The translations under genes and the position numbers were made by a program. Under the pieces are notes generated by a model. That model was not told the origin of the DNA, did no database searches, and saw only the letters and a program-made list of their open reading frames with translations. Shown piece after piece: positions 10,154 through 18,462 of a stretch of 64,000 nt of DNA. The DNA comes from Escherichia phage phiLLS: sequence record NC_047822.1; one strand, written 5' to 3'. Each line of letters begins with the position of its first letter. Position 1 is the stretch's first letter.

Positions 10154-10603
10154 ATGAAGGCAGCTTTGCTTTTAGTAGCTGCCCTTACCTTCAGCTTTAG
10201 TAGTCAGGCATCGCACGATGCAAAAGAAATAGATTGCATTGCTAAAAATATCTATTTCGAAAGTCGTGGTGAGGGCATAAAGGGAATGACGGCGATTGCA
10301 CACGTTACTAAAAACCGTGTAAACTCCGGTAAATTCCCAGATTCCTACTGTAAAGTAGTATATCAGTCTAACCAGTTCTCTTGGGTATCTAAGAGACCAA
10401 AAGTTGATAAAACTGATGAGGCTTGGCAAACCGCTAAGAATTTAGCTAGAGTGATATACTACGTTGATTTACCACAAGATCCTACACATGGAGCACTATA
10501 CTTCCATAGTGGTAAAGATAAACCTTACTGGACAAAGAAGTTTAAGAAAACAACTAAGATTAAGGGACATACGTTTTATAAACCTGTTGTCACTAAAACT
10601 TAA
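10154..10603 (+). CDS. Secreted SleB-like cell wall hydrolase (Hydrolase_2 family)
   Basis: Signal peptide then KNIYFESRGE...TAIAHVTKNR...QSNQFSW, typical of SleB-type hydrolases. Confidence 0.7.
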   Translation: MKAALLLVAALTFSFSSQASHDAKEIDCIAKNIYFESRGEGIKGMTAIAHVTKNRVNSGKFPDSYCKVVYQSNQFSWVSKRPKVDKTDEAWQTAKNLARVIYYVDLPQDPTHGALYFHSGKDKPYWTKKFKKTTKIKGHTFYKPVVTKT

Positions 10604-10611
10604 AAATTTAC

Positions 10612-10640
10612 TTGCTTAAATACTTAAATTTCCGTATAAT
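10612..10640 (+). promoter_or_regulatory. T5-type early promoter
   Basis: -35 TTGCTT, 17-bp spacer, -10 TATAAT. Confidence 0.55.
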
Positions 10641-10671
10641 ACTTCCATAAATTAATGAGAGGAAGCGAAAT

Positions 10672-10842
10672 ATGAAATCAGTTGTAATTATTGGTGTTAA
10701 CACTCGCGGTATTCGTACTACGAAAATTGTTAAAACTTCTAACGTTGCTGAGATCACTACGAACCCTAAAAAGTTTGATTTCGCCAAAGTCTCAGCAGTT
10801 ATGACAGAACAATCTTTTAACCAAGCGTTAGGAATGAAATAA
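10672..10842 (+). CDS. Hypothetical small protein (56 aa)
   Basis: ATG with GAGGAAG RBS after promoter; stop overlaps next start (TAATG); below ORF-track length cutoff. Confidence 0.45.
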   Translation: MKSVVIIGVNTRGIRTTKIVKTSNVAEITTNPKKFDFAKVSAVMTEQSFNQALGMK

Positions 10843-11285
10843 TGGAAGAGAATATTTTAGATGTTTTGCGTAGAGCTTTGCAGGATTCTAAGTTTAATGG
10901 TTCTGATAAAGAAGTCGCTAAAAGCTATCAGACCATAATCGGGGATCTTCAGCGTATTGATAAAGATTTCATCACTTCTGAACAATTTGTGTCTTATCTC
11001 AAAGCTCAACTAAAAAGCATTAACCAGATGAAAGCTAAACTTCATGGTCAAGATCTTGATAGTTATAGCTTGCAGTCCGCTCAGTATGAATACATTCTAA
11101 ATAAGTGGTTGCAGGAGTATCTGCCTCCTCAGTTATCTGATACTGAGATTCGTAAATACTTTGCAGAATTAGTTAAGCTAAACCCTGGAATTACAAAAGG
11201 TATGCTGATGAAAGCGATTAAGGAAGAATTTCCTGGGCGTTACGATGGTGGTACTGCTGCTCAGATTGCTGGCGAATTTAATTAA
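10842..11285 (+). CDS. Hypothetical protein (possible GatB/YqeY-like domain)
   Basis: 147-aa ORF; weak resemblance to YqeY-like proteins. Confidence 0.45.
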   Translation: MEENILDVLRRALQDSKFNGSDKEVAKSYQTIIGDLQRIDKDFITSEQFVSYLKAQLKSINQMKAKLHGQDLDSYSLQSAQYEYILNKWLQEYLPPQLSDTEIRKYFAELVKLNPGITKGMLMKAIKEEFPGRYDGGTAAQIAGEFN

Positions 11286-11293
11286 AAATTTAT

Positions 11294-11322
11294 TTGCTAA
11301 ATGCTTATAAATTCTGTATAAT
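11294..11322 (+). promoter_or_regulatory. T5-type early promoter driving an 0.9-kb non-coding transcript region
   Basis: -35 TTGCTA, 17-bp spacer, -10 TATAAT. Confidence 0.55.
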
Positions 11323-11560
11323 ATATTCATAAATTAGAGAACAGCGAGCCGATTACGCTGAACTTGTCTTAATGTAAGATGCGTCGAGCACTAAGATTCG
11401 TTGAATAGAGTCGGTGGGTTAGTTGTAAAACTAGTACACAGGGGGCGGCAATCCCGGTTAGTGGCTAGAACGTGTAAAATGAGGCGTCTGAAACCTCTCC
11501 CCTAAACTCTTCTCTAATTTATAAATAGTGGGGTGTGGAAATCACTTATGTAGTAACACT

Positions 11561-11632
11561 GCCGTCCTAGTATAATTGGTATTATCAAGCCGTAACCGGT
11601 GGAAGATGTAGGTTCGAATCCTACGGTCGGTA
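11561..11632 (+). tRNA. tRNA-like element (canonical T-arm and acceptor pairing; anticodon arm not resolvable by hand)
   Basis: T-arm gtagg-TTCGAAT-cctac; 6/7 acceptor pairing; no clean anticodon stem. Confidence 0.3.
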
Positions 11633-12135
11633 AGAACTGGATAACTGATGCTTTTAACGTAAAAGCTTCCGAGGTTAGTTGCGCACTGCCTAAACCACGC
11701 GGTAGTTGGTTCCAGACTAACCAACCAGTCTGCTGAATAGTTTTATTACGATTTAACTATGTCCAGGCTAAAGAAGAACTTTAGAAGGTATTCTAGGATA
11801 GTGAAGTTCTTTCTCCATATCGGAGTAGTTTTTCAAGCTATCCACAAAGTGGGAAATGCTGACATGAGAGATGTCACTAATGGTGCACAATAGCACAGGT
11901 AATTCGCGATAACTCCTGTTGAGTAGCAGCAAAAGGCGGGAAGTCATGACCCCAAGCCTAACCGAGTCCTCAATATACCGCAGGACATAACCACTAAGTC
12001 ACCCTGACTTAAACTGGAAAATAATAGACGTTACTGTATTTTGTCTTGAAATACTTAATGAGTGAGACTTATGACTCTCCCGGTATCGTCTGTATTTTTA
12101 AGAGTTTTTTACGAGAGTTCTTAAAAATACTTAAA

Positions 12136-12210
12136 CGGGGTGTAGTCTAAGGGAGAGGCAGGAGTCTTCTAAATTCCTTTATGCAGGTTCGAATCCTGTC
12201 ACCTCGGCCA
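12136..12210 (+). tRNA. tRNA-Arg (anticodon TCT), CCA encoded
   Basis: Acceptor cggggtg/cacctcg, anticodon stem ggagt/attcc with loop CTTCTAA, T-arm gcagg-TTCGAAT-cctgt. Confidence 0.6.
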
Positions 12211-12244
12211 ATTTTATTAACTGTAACTAAAACAAAGGAAATAT

Positions 12245-13192
12245 ATGTTTGCTACTAAAAATATGAAAGAACTGACTTCTGAGCAGAAAGTAATTCGTAC
12301 TATTAAACGTTGGGGTATTGGTGCTGTAGTTGGTTTAGCAGGTTTAGTCCTAGCTTTTAATTCATATACTATTGTTTCTGATGGTACGGTTAAAACCCAA
12401 ACATTCCTGGGTAAAGTAGACCCTAATCCTGTATTACCTGGTTTTCATCTTGTAAACCCATTTGCATCTTTCGATACTTTTAGTACAAAAGACATTGCTG
12501 TAAAATTAGATAAACTTCAGGTTCCTAGTCAGGATAAGTTTAAATCCACTGTTGACCTGACTGTTATGTTGCAGTTTGATGGTTCTAAGGCACCAATTAA
12601 CCGTATTAACGCAGGTACTCAGGACCAGGCGCTAGACAAGTATGTAACTGAAAAATTACTGTCTACTATTCGTGAGTTTGGTAAATCTGTACCTAAAGCA
12701 CAAGATTTATTTGATGCTAAAATTCAGGCTCAATTGCAAACTGCAATTCAACAGGAAGTTGAAGAGTATGCACGCCCATATGGTTACACAGTTAAGCAGG
12801 TGTTTCTTCAGGATATTACTTTGCCACCAGTAATTATGGAGCAAGTACAAAATACAAAAGTTCGTGAAGAACAAGTTAATGCGGCTAAAGCTGAATTGGC
12901 TCGTGTTGAACAAGAAGCACAGCAGAAAGTCAAACAAGCTGAAGCAGATCGTGAAGCACGTAACAACCAAGCTATCGCTAATGAACGTGACGCCGATGCT
13001 AAGCTGTATGCAGCTAAGAAAGAAGCTGAAGCTAACGCCGCATTGCAACGTACCATTACTCCTGAGATGATTCGTTGGAAGCAATTGGAAGTCGAAATGA
13101 TTCGTGCTCAGAAATATCAAGGTGGTGTACCTCAGACTGTGGTAGGTACTGGCTACGATGGTCAAATGATCATGGATATGCGTAATAAATAA
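12245..13192 (+). CDS. SPFH/band-7 (stomatin/prohibitin/HflC-like) membrane protein
   Basis: N-terminal TM segment, SPFH-like core, C-terminal coiled coil. Confidence 0.5.
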   Translation: MFATKNMKELTSEQKVIRTIKRWGIGAVVGLAGLVLAFNSYTIVSDGTVKTQTFLGKVDPNPVLPGFHLVNPFASFDTFSTKDIAVKLDKLQVPSQDKFKSTVDLTVMLQFDGSKAPINRINAGTQDQALDKYVTEKLLSTIREFGKSVPKAQDLFDAKIQAQLQTAIQQEVEEYARPYGYTVKQVFLQDITLPPVIMEQVQNTKVREEQVNAAKAELARVEQEAQQKVKQAEADREARNNQAIANERDADAKLYAAKKEAEANAALQRTITPEMIRWKQLEVEMIRAQKYQGGVPQTVVGTGYDGQMIMDMRNK

Positions 13193-13216
13193 TATCCGCA
13201 CGTAACATCTGAAGTA

Positions 13217-13250
13217 AGCCCTGCGTTCCCTGGAGAGCGCAGGGCTTTTC
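13217..13250 (+). terminator. Rho-independent terminator
   Basis: Hairpin agccctgcg...cgcagggct followed by TTTTCT. Confidence 0.65.
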
Positions 13251-13269
13251 TGTACTTAAGATAAAAGAA

Positions 13270-13298
13270 AAGCCCCTAAGTCTTTCTACTAGGGGCTT
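13270..13298. terminator. Bidirectional terminator hairpin
   Basis: Perfect stem aagcccct...aggggctt with T-rich flanks on both strands; lies between convergent genes. Confidence 0.5.
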
Positions 13299-13516
13299 TA
13301 TTGTTTGGTTTCTTAGAACCATATACTCTTGTTACAGCAACCACCCATACGGGAGGCCAATCTTGACTGAAAATCTACTCTAGGGGGCAGGATAAGAGTA
13401 GGCTTAAAGGCAAAGGGATTGAACGCCGGTATTTGTGTAAACATTGCTGGAGAGCAACAACGTGCTACAGGCATTGGGCAGCACGAAACAGATTTTCTGC
13501 AACACATAATTTCTCC

Positions 13517-13933
13517 TTAGGAGTTATTACCACCATTTTGAGCTTTTGCAACTTGGCTTTGGCAGAAGCTATTAAACTTACCCATAAGTGATACAAGCTG
13601 TTTCCCATCCTCTGTCTTTGCGAAGTCTTCGAAAAGGGCTAGTACTGCCTGTCCTTCCGCAGAAACCTGCGGTTGTTGGGTTTGTTGCTGAACTTGCTGC
13701 TGAGCCACCTGTTGCTGCATTTGTTGAGGCATTTGCGACTGCCCGCTCATTTGCTGCATCATTTGCATAGGACTCACACTTCCAGGGTTTTGCTGGAGTT
13801 GTTGCTGCATCTGTTGCGCTTCTGCTAAACGCTGTTGCAATTGTTGTAAGTAGGGGTTATCCAGACCCGGAATGGGCTGCTGGGAGCCCCTACTTTGATT
13901 AAGTCCGTTATTTACAAAACCATATTTACTCAT
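13517..13933 (-). CDS. Hypothetical Gln-rich low-complexity protein
   Basis: 138-aa minus-strand ORF, poly-Q/QM repeats; AGGAGG RBS. Confidence 0.5.
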   Translation of the reverse strand: MSKYGFVNNGLNQSRGSQQPIPGLDNPYLQQLQQRLAEAQQMQQQLQQNPGSVSPMQMMQQMSGQSQMPQQMQQQVAQQQVQQQTQQPQVSAEGQAVLALFEDFAKTEDGKQLVSLMGKFNSFCQSQVAKAQNGGNNS

Positions 13934-13954
13934 AATGGGCTCCTCCCCCTAATA

Positions 13955-14947
13955 TTAAGCCGGCAGTTTAGCCTGCAGACCAGCCAGAGTCTGAGTGATA
14001 GCACCAAGACTTACAGCGATTTGATTAATTACCTGACCGTTAGCACCGTTACCCGCAGCGATTGCTTCACGTAGGCGACATGCATCTAACTCATCCTGAA
14101 TACGAGCAGTAGTTACACCAGCGATAGCAGTCTGAAGTTCACAGCAACATTCAGCGATCTGACGTTCCAGAGAGTTCTGGTTAGCACACATCTGAGCCTG
14201 AACAGCGGCAAACTGGTTATTAGTTTGTAAAGTCTGCTGGAAAGCGATCTGTGCAGAATCAAACTTATCTTGTGCACGAGCTATCTGATTAGCTGCGAAA
14301 GATTGATCAATCTGGCGAGAAAGATCGAACTGACCCTGAATAACGTTGCGAGTTTCCTGACAGATCTGATTAGACAGATTAGCACCTGTACCATAGATCG
14401 TAGTTAGTACAGACTGAGTATCACGGCTCTGGTTTTGGGATGTCTGGCTAAACCCATTGTTAACTGCGCTTAAAACAGCTCCAGTACCCTGGTTAGCTTC
14501 TGTACGAGTAGTGTTAATAGCTGCTAGAATACTAGCGGTATCTTGGTTCTGAAGTACTGCATCAACTGCGGTACCATCACCAACTACACCACGTCCACCG
14601 AATCCACCGAAACCACCGAATCCGCCTGTTAATAGAGCACCGATTAGGATAGCTCCGAATAGTCCCATACCTTCACCACCGAAAGCACCTGCGTTTGCTG
14701 GGTAACCACCCAGTAGGCCAGGGAAGCCACTAGTAAATACGTTTACTGGTTCTTGCATTTTATGTTTTCCATATTTATGACAATGTTCATCGTCATCTTC
14801 TTCATCATCGTGTTCACGATGTTTTTCTTCGTAGGCTCTGACCTTCTCCCACTTTTTCTTATCTGATTCCTCGTGACGGTGCAGTTCTGCTGCAACGCTA
14901 GCGACGGTCTCAGGACTCTTAGCTACTTCTTCTGTCATTTTTGACAC
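13955..14947 (-). CDS. Hypothetical Gly-rich and Gln/Asn-rich protein
   Basis: 330 aa; acidic His-rich N-terminus, glycine-zipper hydrophobic segment (GGFGGFGGFGG), C-terminal Cys cluster; strong AGGAGGTG RBS. Confidence 0.55.
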   Translation of the reverse strand: MSKMTEEVAKSPETVASVAAELHRHEESDKKKWEKVRAYEEKHREHDDEEDDDEHCHKYGKHKMQEPVNVFTSGFPGLLGGYPANAGAFGGEGMGLFGAILIGALLTGGFGGFGGFGGRGVVGDGTAVDAVLQNQDTASILAAINTTRTEANQGTGAVLSAVNNGFSQTSQNQSRDTQSVLTTIYGTGANLSNQICQETRNVIQGQFDLSRQIDQSFAANQIARAQDKFDSAQIAFQQTLQTNNQFAAVQAQMCANQNSLERQIAECCCELQTAIAGVTTARIQDELDACRLREAIAAGNGANGQVINQIAVSLGAITQTLAGLQAKLPA

Positions 14948-15145
14948 CTCCTAGTATATAGAAAATGTGTGTCTCTTTGATCACTCATCCATAACATATA
15001 CTTTACACTACCCCAGCGAAAATGTCAAGGGGTCTTTAAAAATTGCCCCTGAATTTTTAGTGGGGTCACAAATTTTGGTCCTCACCACTTATCTGCTATC
15101 CTTAAGTGCCCTATGATTTTCCTCTAAAAAGTTAAAAAAATTTGA

Positions 15146-15174
15146 TTGCTTGAATGCTAAATTCTCTGTATAAT
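15146..15174 (+). promoter_or_regulatory. T5-type early promoter
   Basis: -35 TTGCTT, 17-bp spacer, -10 TATAAT. Confidence 0.55.
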
Positions 15175-15204
15175 ATATCTATAAATTTGAAAGAGGAACC
15201 AAAT

Positions 15205-15723
15205 ATGAATGTTGATGAGCTAACACAGCACCTCTTATCTAGAGGATTTGATACAGATAAATATCATTGCTGGTTAAGTCCGGAAGGATGGCTAACAGTC
15301 CCGTTGTATGACTTCTCTGGGATGTTGAGGGGCTATCAAACTTATAATCCTTCTGCTCCAAAAGGTCATGGTAAGTGCCCCTTTGAAGCTAAATACTTTA
15401 CTTATTCTACTACCCAGTGTGTATGGGGACTAGAAACTCTCAATGGAGATGAAAAAGTAGTATTGATTGCTGAATCTGTATTTAAGGCAGTTGCGTTACA
15501 TAATGCTGGTTATCCAGCCCTAGCAATGTTGGGTTCTTCTCCAGGAAAAGCGTTATTAAAGCAACTGAAATTACTACCTTTTAAATTGGTAGCTGTCGGA
15601 GATAATGATCCTGCGGGTGAAAAATTTGCTAGAAAATTAAACGGCTTTGTTTCTCCCGTAGATGTGGATGAGATGTCTACCGAAAACTTGAAAAATTTTC
15701 TTGCTATGAAGCTAAATTTCTAA
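15205..15723 (+). CDS. Hypothetical protein, possible Toprim-domain protein
   Basis: ATG with AGAGGAAC RBS; IAES...GDNDPAGE resembles Toprim acidic motifs. Confidence 0.4.
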   Translation: MNVDELTQHLLSRGFDTDKYHCWLSPEGWLTVPLYDFSGMLRGYQTYNPSAPKGHGKCPFEAKYFTYSTTQCVWGLETLNGDEKVVLIAESVFKAVALHNAGYPALAMLGSSPGKALLKQLKLLPFKLVAVGDNDPAGEKFARKLNGFVSPVDVDEMSTENLKNFLAMKLNF

Positions 15724-15729
15724 TATAAT
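15701..15729 (+). promoter_or_regulatory. T5-type promoter upstream of tRNA genes
   Basis: -35 TTGCTA, 17-bp spacer, -10 TATAAT overlapping the 3' end of the preceding CDS. Confidence 0.5.
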
Positions 15730-15744
15730 ATATCTTATAAATTC

Positions 15745-15833
15745 GGAAGAATAGCATAACGGTATTGCAGCAGATTGCTAATCTGTCGGTTTGAAATATA
15801 GCCTTGTGGGTTCGATTCCCGCTTCTTCCGCCA
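15745..15833 (+). tRNA. tRNA-Ser (anticodon GCT), class II, CCA encoded
   Basis: Acceptor ggaagaa/ttcttcc, anticodon loop TTGCTAA, long variable arm, T-arm gtggg-TTCGATT-cccgc. Confidence 0.65.
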
Positions 15834-15839
15834 AATTCT

Positions 15840-15917
15840 GGTTCTCAAGCTCATATGGTATGAGCACCCGGCTCATAACCGGAAGGTACGTAGGTTCGAA
15901 TCCTCGGGGAGCCACCA
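15840..15917 (+). tRNA. tRNA with anticodon CAT (Met or Ile2)
   Basis: D-stem gctc/gagc, anticodon loop CTCATAA, T-loop TTCGAAT, acceptor with two G-U pairs, CCA encoded. Confidence 0.55.
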
Positions 15918-15936
15918 AATTAAATAGAGGTCACAA

Positions 15937-16125
15937 ATGGATCTATATATAGTTTATGTTGTGTTTATCCAAGATAGAGAATACCCGGATGAATATAAAA
16001 AAGGGTATAGGTTGGCCAGAGCTACCTCTGAAGCCCAAGCTATGGATAAAGTGGCAGATTATATGATTACGGTAGAAAACATACACTATATCGACTACCT
16101 TGAAGCCTCAAAAGTAATTGACTAA
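15937..16125 (+). CDS. Hypothetical small protein
   Basis: 62-aa ORF with GAGG RBS between tRNA genes. Confidence 0.45.
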   Translation: MDLYIVYVVFIQDREYPDEYKKGYRLARATSEAQAMDKVADYMITVENIHYIDYLEASKVID

Positions 16126-16132
16126 ACTACAC

Positions 16133-16209
16133 GGGGGTGTAATCGAATTGGCATAGGTACTGGACTTAAAATTCAGGTTTTGTGGGTTCGAATCCCACCA
16201 CCCCTACCA
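16133..16209 (+). tRNA. tRNA with anticodon TAA (Leu-type anticodon) but short variable loop
   Basis: Acceptor gggggtg/cacccct, anticodon stem ctgga/ttcag with loop CTTAAAA, T-arm gtggg-TTCGAAT-cccac, CCA encoded. Confidence 0.5.
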
Positions 16210-16224
16210 AACTAAGGAAATAAG

Positions 16225-16392
16225 ATGTATAGACATCCACCTCCGCCAACACGTCGTTCTAGAGAAGTTATCCTCATGGAATTGACTAAAAACTTCAAGG
16301 CAACTCTTGAAGATAGAGATCTAGGTACAGATGAAGACGTTGATTTCATTTGTAAACTATTAAAAATGAAGCTGGAGAAACATCATGGCTAA
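16225..16392 (+). CDS. Hypothetical small protein (55 aa)
   Basis: ATG with AGGAAA RBS; below ORF-track length cutoff. Confidence 0.35.
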   Translation: MYRHPPPPTRRSREVILMELTKNFKATLEDRDLGTDEDVDFICKLLKMKLEKHHG

Positions 16393-16591
16393 CCGTGAAA
16401 TTACTATGCAACGAATCATGACTAAAGGCATGATAGCCGAGGCAGGTATTGAACAAGAAGTAAAAGGCTATTACGAACAGATTAAGACTATTATAGACTC
16501 TGCTAAAAACACCGGAGAAAAAGAGCATGGTGCGGCAATTATGGCTATAACTCTTATTAGTCTAGACTTGGCCGAAGAATCTGGAGTTTAG
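16385..16591 (+). CDS. Hypothetical small protein
   Basis: 68-aa ORF; start overlaps the preceding small ORF. Confidence 0.4.
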   Translation: MANREITMQRIMTKGMIAEAGIEQEVKGYYEQIKTIIDSAKNTGEKEHGAAIMAITLISLDLAEESGV

Positions 16592-16621
16592 CTCCTCCAA
16601 ACAGAATTTTTAAAAATGTAC

Positions 16622-16651
16622 TTGCCTTTTGCTTTAAATTTCTGATATAAT
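16622..16651 (+). promoter_or_regulatory. T5-type early promoter
   Basis: -35 TTGCCT, 18-bp spacer, -10 TATAAT. Confidence 0.5.
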
Positions 16652-16681
16652 AGTTATATAAATTGATGGAGGAGTTAACGA

Positions 16682-16957
16682 ATGCAAAATCGTGTTGTAG
16701 CAACTGGTATTGAAAGTGCAATCTGTAAATCCTGGGAAGGCTGGGAAGGTGAGATTGAATGGCTTTATTTCTATGATGTAGAACTTCTACCGGAAGTTAA
16801 AGCTAAATGTATTGAAGCTGGCATGGCTCCAGATGCAAAAGCTGATATTGATATTTTAATGTCTGAACTTAAAGGTCGTGTAGTTACCGTTAGTAATGAG
16901 GGCGAAGAAGTTTTCGAACTTCCGTTCTCCTTAACTGTCACTCCTAAGTTCGACTAA
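16682..16957 (+). CDS. Hypothetical protein
   Basis: 91-aa ORF with GGAGG RBS after promoter. Confidence 0.5.
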   Translation: MQNRVVATGIESAICKSWEGWEGEIEWLYFYDVELLPEVKAKCIEAGMAPDAKADIDILMSELKGRVVTVSNEGEEVFELPFSLTVTPKFD

Positions 16958-16993
16958 CTAATACAGCACTGAGCAAGTTCTTTAAAATTTGAC

Positions 16994-17022
16994 TTGCTCA
17001 GTGCTATAAAACTTGATATAAT
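16994..17022 (+). promoter_or_regulatory. Promoter embedded in a terminator hairpin, upstream of tRNA genes
   Basis: -35 TTGCTC, 17-bp spacer, -10 TATAAT; the -35 lies in the 3' arm of hairpin agcactgagcaagt...acttgctcagtgct. Confidence 0.5.
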
Positions 17023-17156
17023 AGTTATCTAATTTGGAAAGTTCTTTTTAAGGTAGTTCCTACTTTAGTAGAGTAAATTTTTGGCAGATGGCCCCCACCA
17101 TTTTACCGATAACTCCTAGTCAGTGCGGCAACACTGGCTACCTTAAAGAGAATTTT

Positions 17157-17244
17157 GGGCGTTTATTCCGTAAGTGGTAGCGGAGGGGATTGTAAATCCC
17201 TGGTCATTGCGACTCGAGTGGTTCGACTCCATTAACGCCCACCA
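17157..17244 (+). tRNA. tRNA-Tyr (anticodon GTA), class II, CCA encoded
   Basis: Perfect acceptor gggcgtt/aacgccc, anticodon loop TTGTAAA, long variable arm, T-arm agtgg-TTCGACT-ccatt. Confidence 0.6.
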
Positions 17245-17251
17245 ATTTAAT

Positions 17252-17326
17252 GCACCTATCGTCTAGCGGTTAGGACACCACTCTTTCACAGTGGGAACAC
17301 GAGTTCGACCCTCGTTGGGTGTGCCA
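17252..17326 (+). tRNA. tRNA-Glu (anticodon TTC), CCA encoded
   Basis: D-arm GTCTAGCGGTTAGGAC as in bacterial tRNA-Glu, anticodon stem ccact/agtgg with loop CTTTCAC, T-arm acgag-TTCGACC-ctcgt. Confidence 0.7.
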
Positions 17327-17335
17327 ATTAATAAT

Positions 17336-17406
17336 TGGGGTACGCATAGGTTGCAAATGGGCCTCCAAAACCCATGAAAAGGTTTCGAATACCTTTACCC
17401 CTGCCA
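17336..17406 (+). tRNA. tRNA-Trp (anticodon CCA), compact, CCA encoded
   Basis: Anticodon loop CTCCAAA, T-arm aaggt-TTCGAAT-acctt, acceptor tggggta/tacccct with 1:72 mismatch. Confidence 0.5.
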
Positions 17407-17412
17407 AAATTT

Positions 17413-17487
17413 GCACCTTTAGCTGAGATGGATTAGCGCTTGCCTGAAGAGCTTGAGAGGTTCGTTCGATTCGAACAGGGTGCACCA
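17413..17487 (+). tRNA. tRNA, probable Phe (anticodon GAA), CCA encoded
   Basis: Acceptor gcacctt/agggtgc, D-arm gctg-agatggat-tagc, loop CTGAAGA, T-arm gttcg-TTCGATT-cgaac; anticodon stem weak. Confidence 0.5.
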
Positions 17488-17504
17488 ATTTGAAGGAGCT
17501 GCTG

Positions 17505-17777
17505 ATGCATACTGAAAACTTCTTTATTTACTGCGCGGATAAGTCGCTGAAACGTAGAATTAACAAAGTCTATCATTATCGTGTTAGTCAACAGCCTTAT
17601 GTATATGCTTTTGACGGTGATCACATTCCACTAGAACAATTATCTTGTGATTACATGATATTGAAGAACTTTGACGAGACAAAGATCTCAAGCGTTCATA
17701 ATCGACAGAATCCATTAACGTGGAAATATAAGAAGAAAAAGAAAGGCATCAAATTCTTAAAAAATGTAGTTGCTTAG
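17505..17777 (+). CDS. Hypothetical protein
   Basis: ATG with GAAGGAG RBS right after the tRNA; the ORF-track TTG start at 17490 is less likely. Confidence 0.45.
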   Translation: MHTENFFIYCADKSLKRRINKVYHYRVSQQPYVYAFDGDHIPLEQLSCDYMILKNFDETKISSVHNRQNPLTWKYKKKKKGIKFLKNVVA

Positions 17778-17797
17778 TTTCCAAAAGTTCTGTATAA
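17769..17797 (+). promoter_or_regulatory. T5-type early promoter
   Basis: -35 TTGCTT, 17-bp spacer, -10 TATAAT. Confidence 0.55.
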
Positions 17798-17845
17798 TAA
17801 TTACATAAATTGAACTGGAGAAGCAACATGACAGAATAAGATAAA

Positions 17846-17921
17846 CCGACCGTTGGCTGAATGGCTTAGGCGAAGGATTGCAAATCCTTTTTATGTGAGT
17901 TCAAATCTCATGCGGTCGTCC
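17846..17921 (+). tRNA. tRNA-Cys (anticodon GCA), CCA encoded
   Basis: Acceptor cgaccgt/gcggtcg, anticodon stem aagga/tcctt with loop TTGCAAA, T-arm gtgag-TTCAAAT-ctcat. Confidence 0.7.
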
Positions 17922-17943
17922 AAATTACTAAAGGAAAGAAGTA

Positions 17944-18462
17944 GTGCATACAAAAGTTTTTGATAGTTTGGTAAAGAAAGGCATTGTTACTAATAAGCCT
18001 TTCTGTATAACCGCAGAACTAATCCAAAGATTTATGGAAGAATATATAAATCTTTCAGGAACTAATGGTAATACCAAAAAGAATACAAATACTATGTATT
18101 CGAGAAAACTTGCCGCACTTTCCTTTATAAAGTTTAAGCAGGAAAATAAACTTCCTATTTCTGAAGGTTTTGTATACTGTATTAGTAATCCTGCATGGAA
18201 AAATCAGTATAAAATAGGTATGAGTCAAAATCCAAAAGAGAGATTAGCTCAATATCAGACCTATTCCCCCTATAGGGATTATAAATTAGAGCATTGGTCG
18301 TTTTGGTTTGACAAACGAAAAGGTGAAAAACTAATTCACCAGTATTTCAAAGATTTAAAAGAACATGAGTGGTTTAGTATAAATTCTAGGGATCTTAGTA
18401 AATATCTAGAACGTATTAACTCTAGTTCTGACTTATATGGTTCCTTAGCTCTAATTGGTTAG
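17944..18462 (+). CDS. T5orf172 / GIY-YIG-like domain protein (GTG start)
   Basis: GFVYCISNPAWKNQYKIGMSQNPKERL resembles the GIY-YIG-like T5orf172 domain; AT-rich; 3' end overlaps the next tRNA. Confidence 0.55.
   Translation: MHTKVFDSLVKKGIVTNKPFCITAELIQRFMEEYINLSGTNGNTKKNTNTMYSRKLAALSFIKFKQENKLPISEGFVYCISNPAWKNQYKIGMSQNPKERLAQYQTYSPYRDYKLEHWSFWFDKRKGEKLIHQYFKDLKEHEWFSINSRDLSKYLERINSSSDLYGSLALIG

Noticed and set aside
12707-13201. Minus-strand ORFs 12707-13201 and 12808-13056, and + ORF 12864-13070
   Set aside because: Shadows of the SPFH-like gene; low-complexity translations, no RBS.
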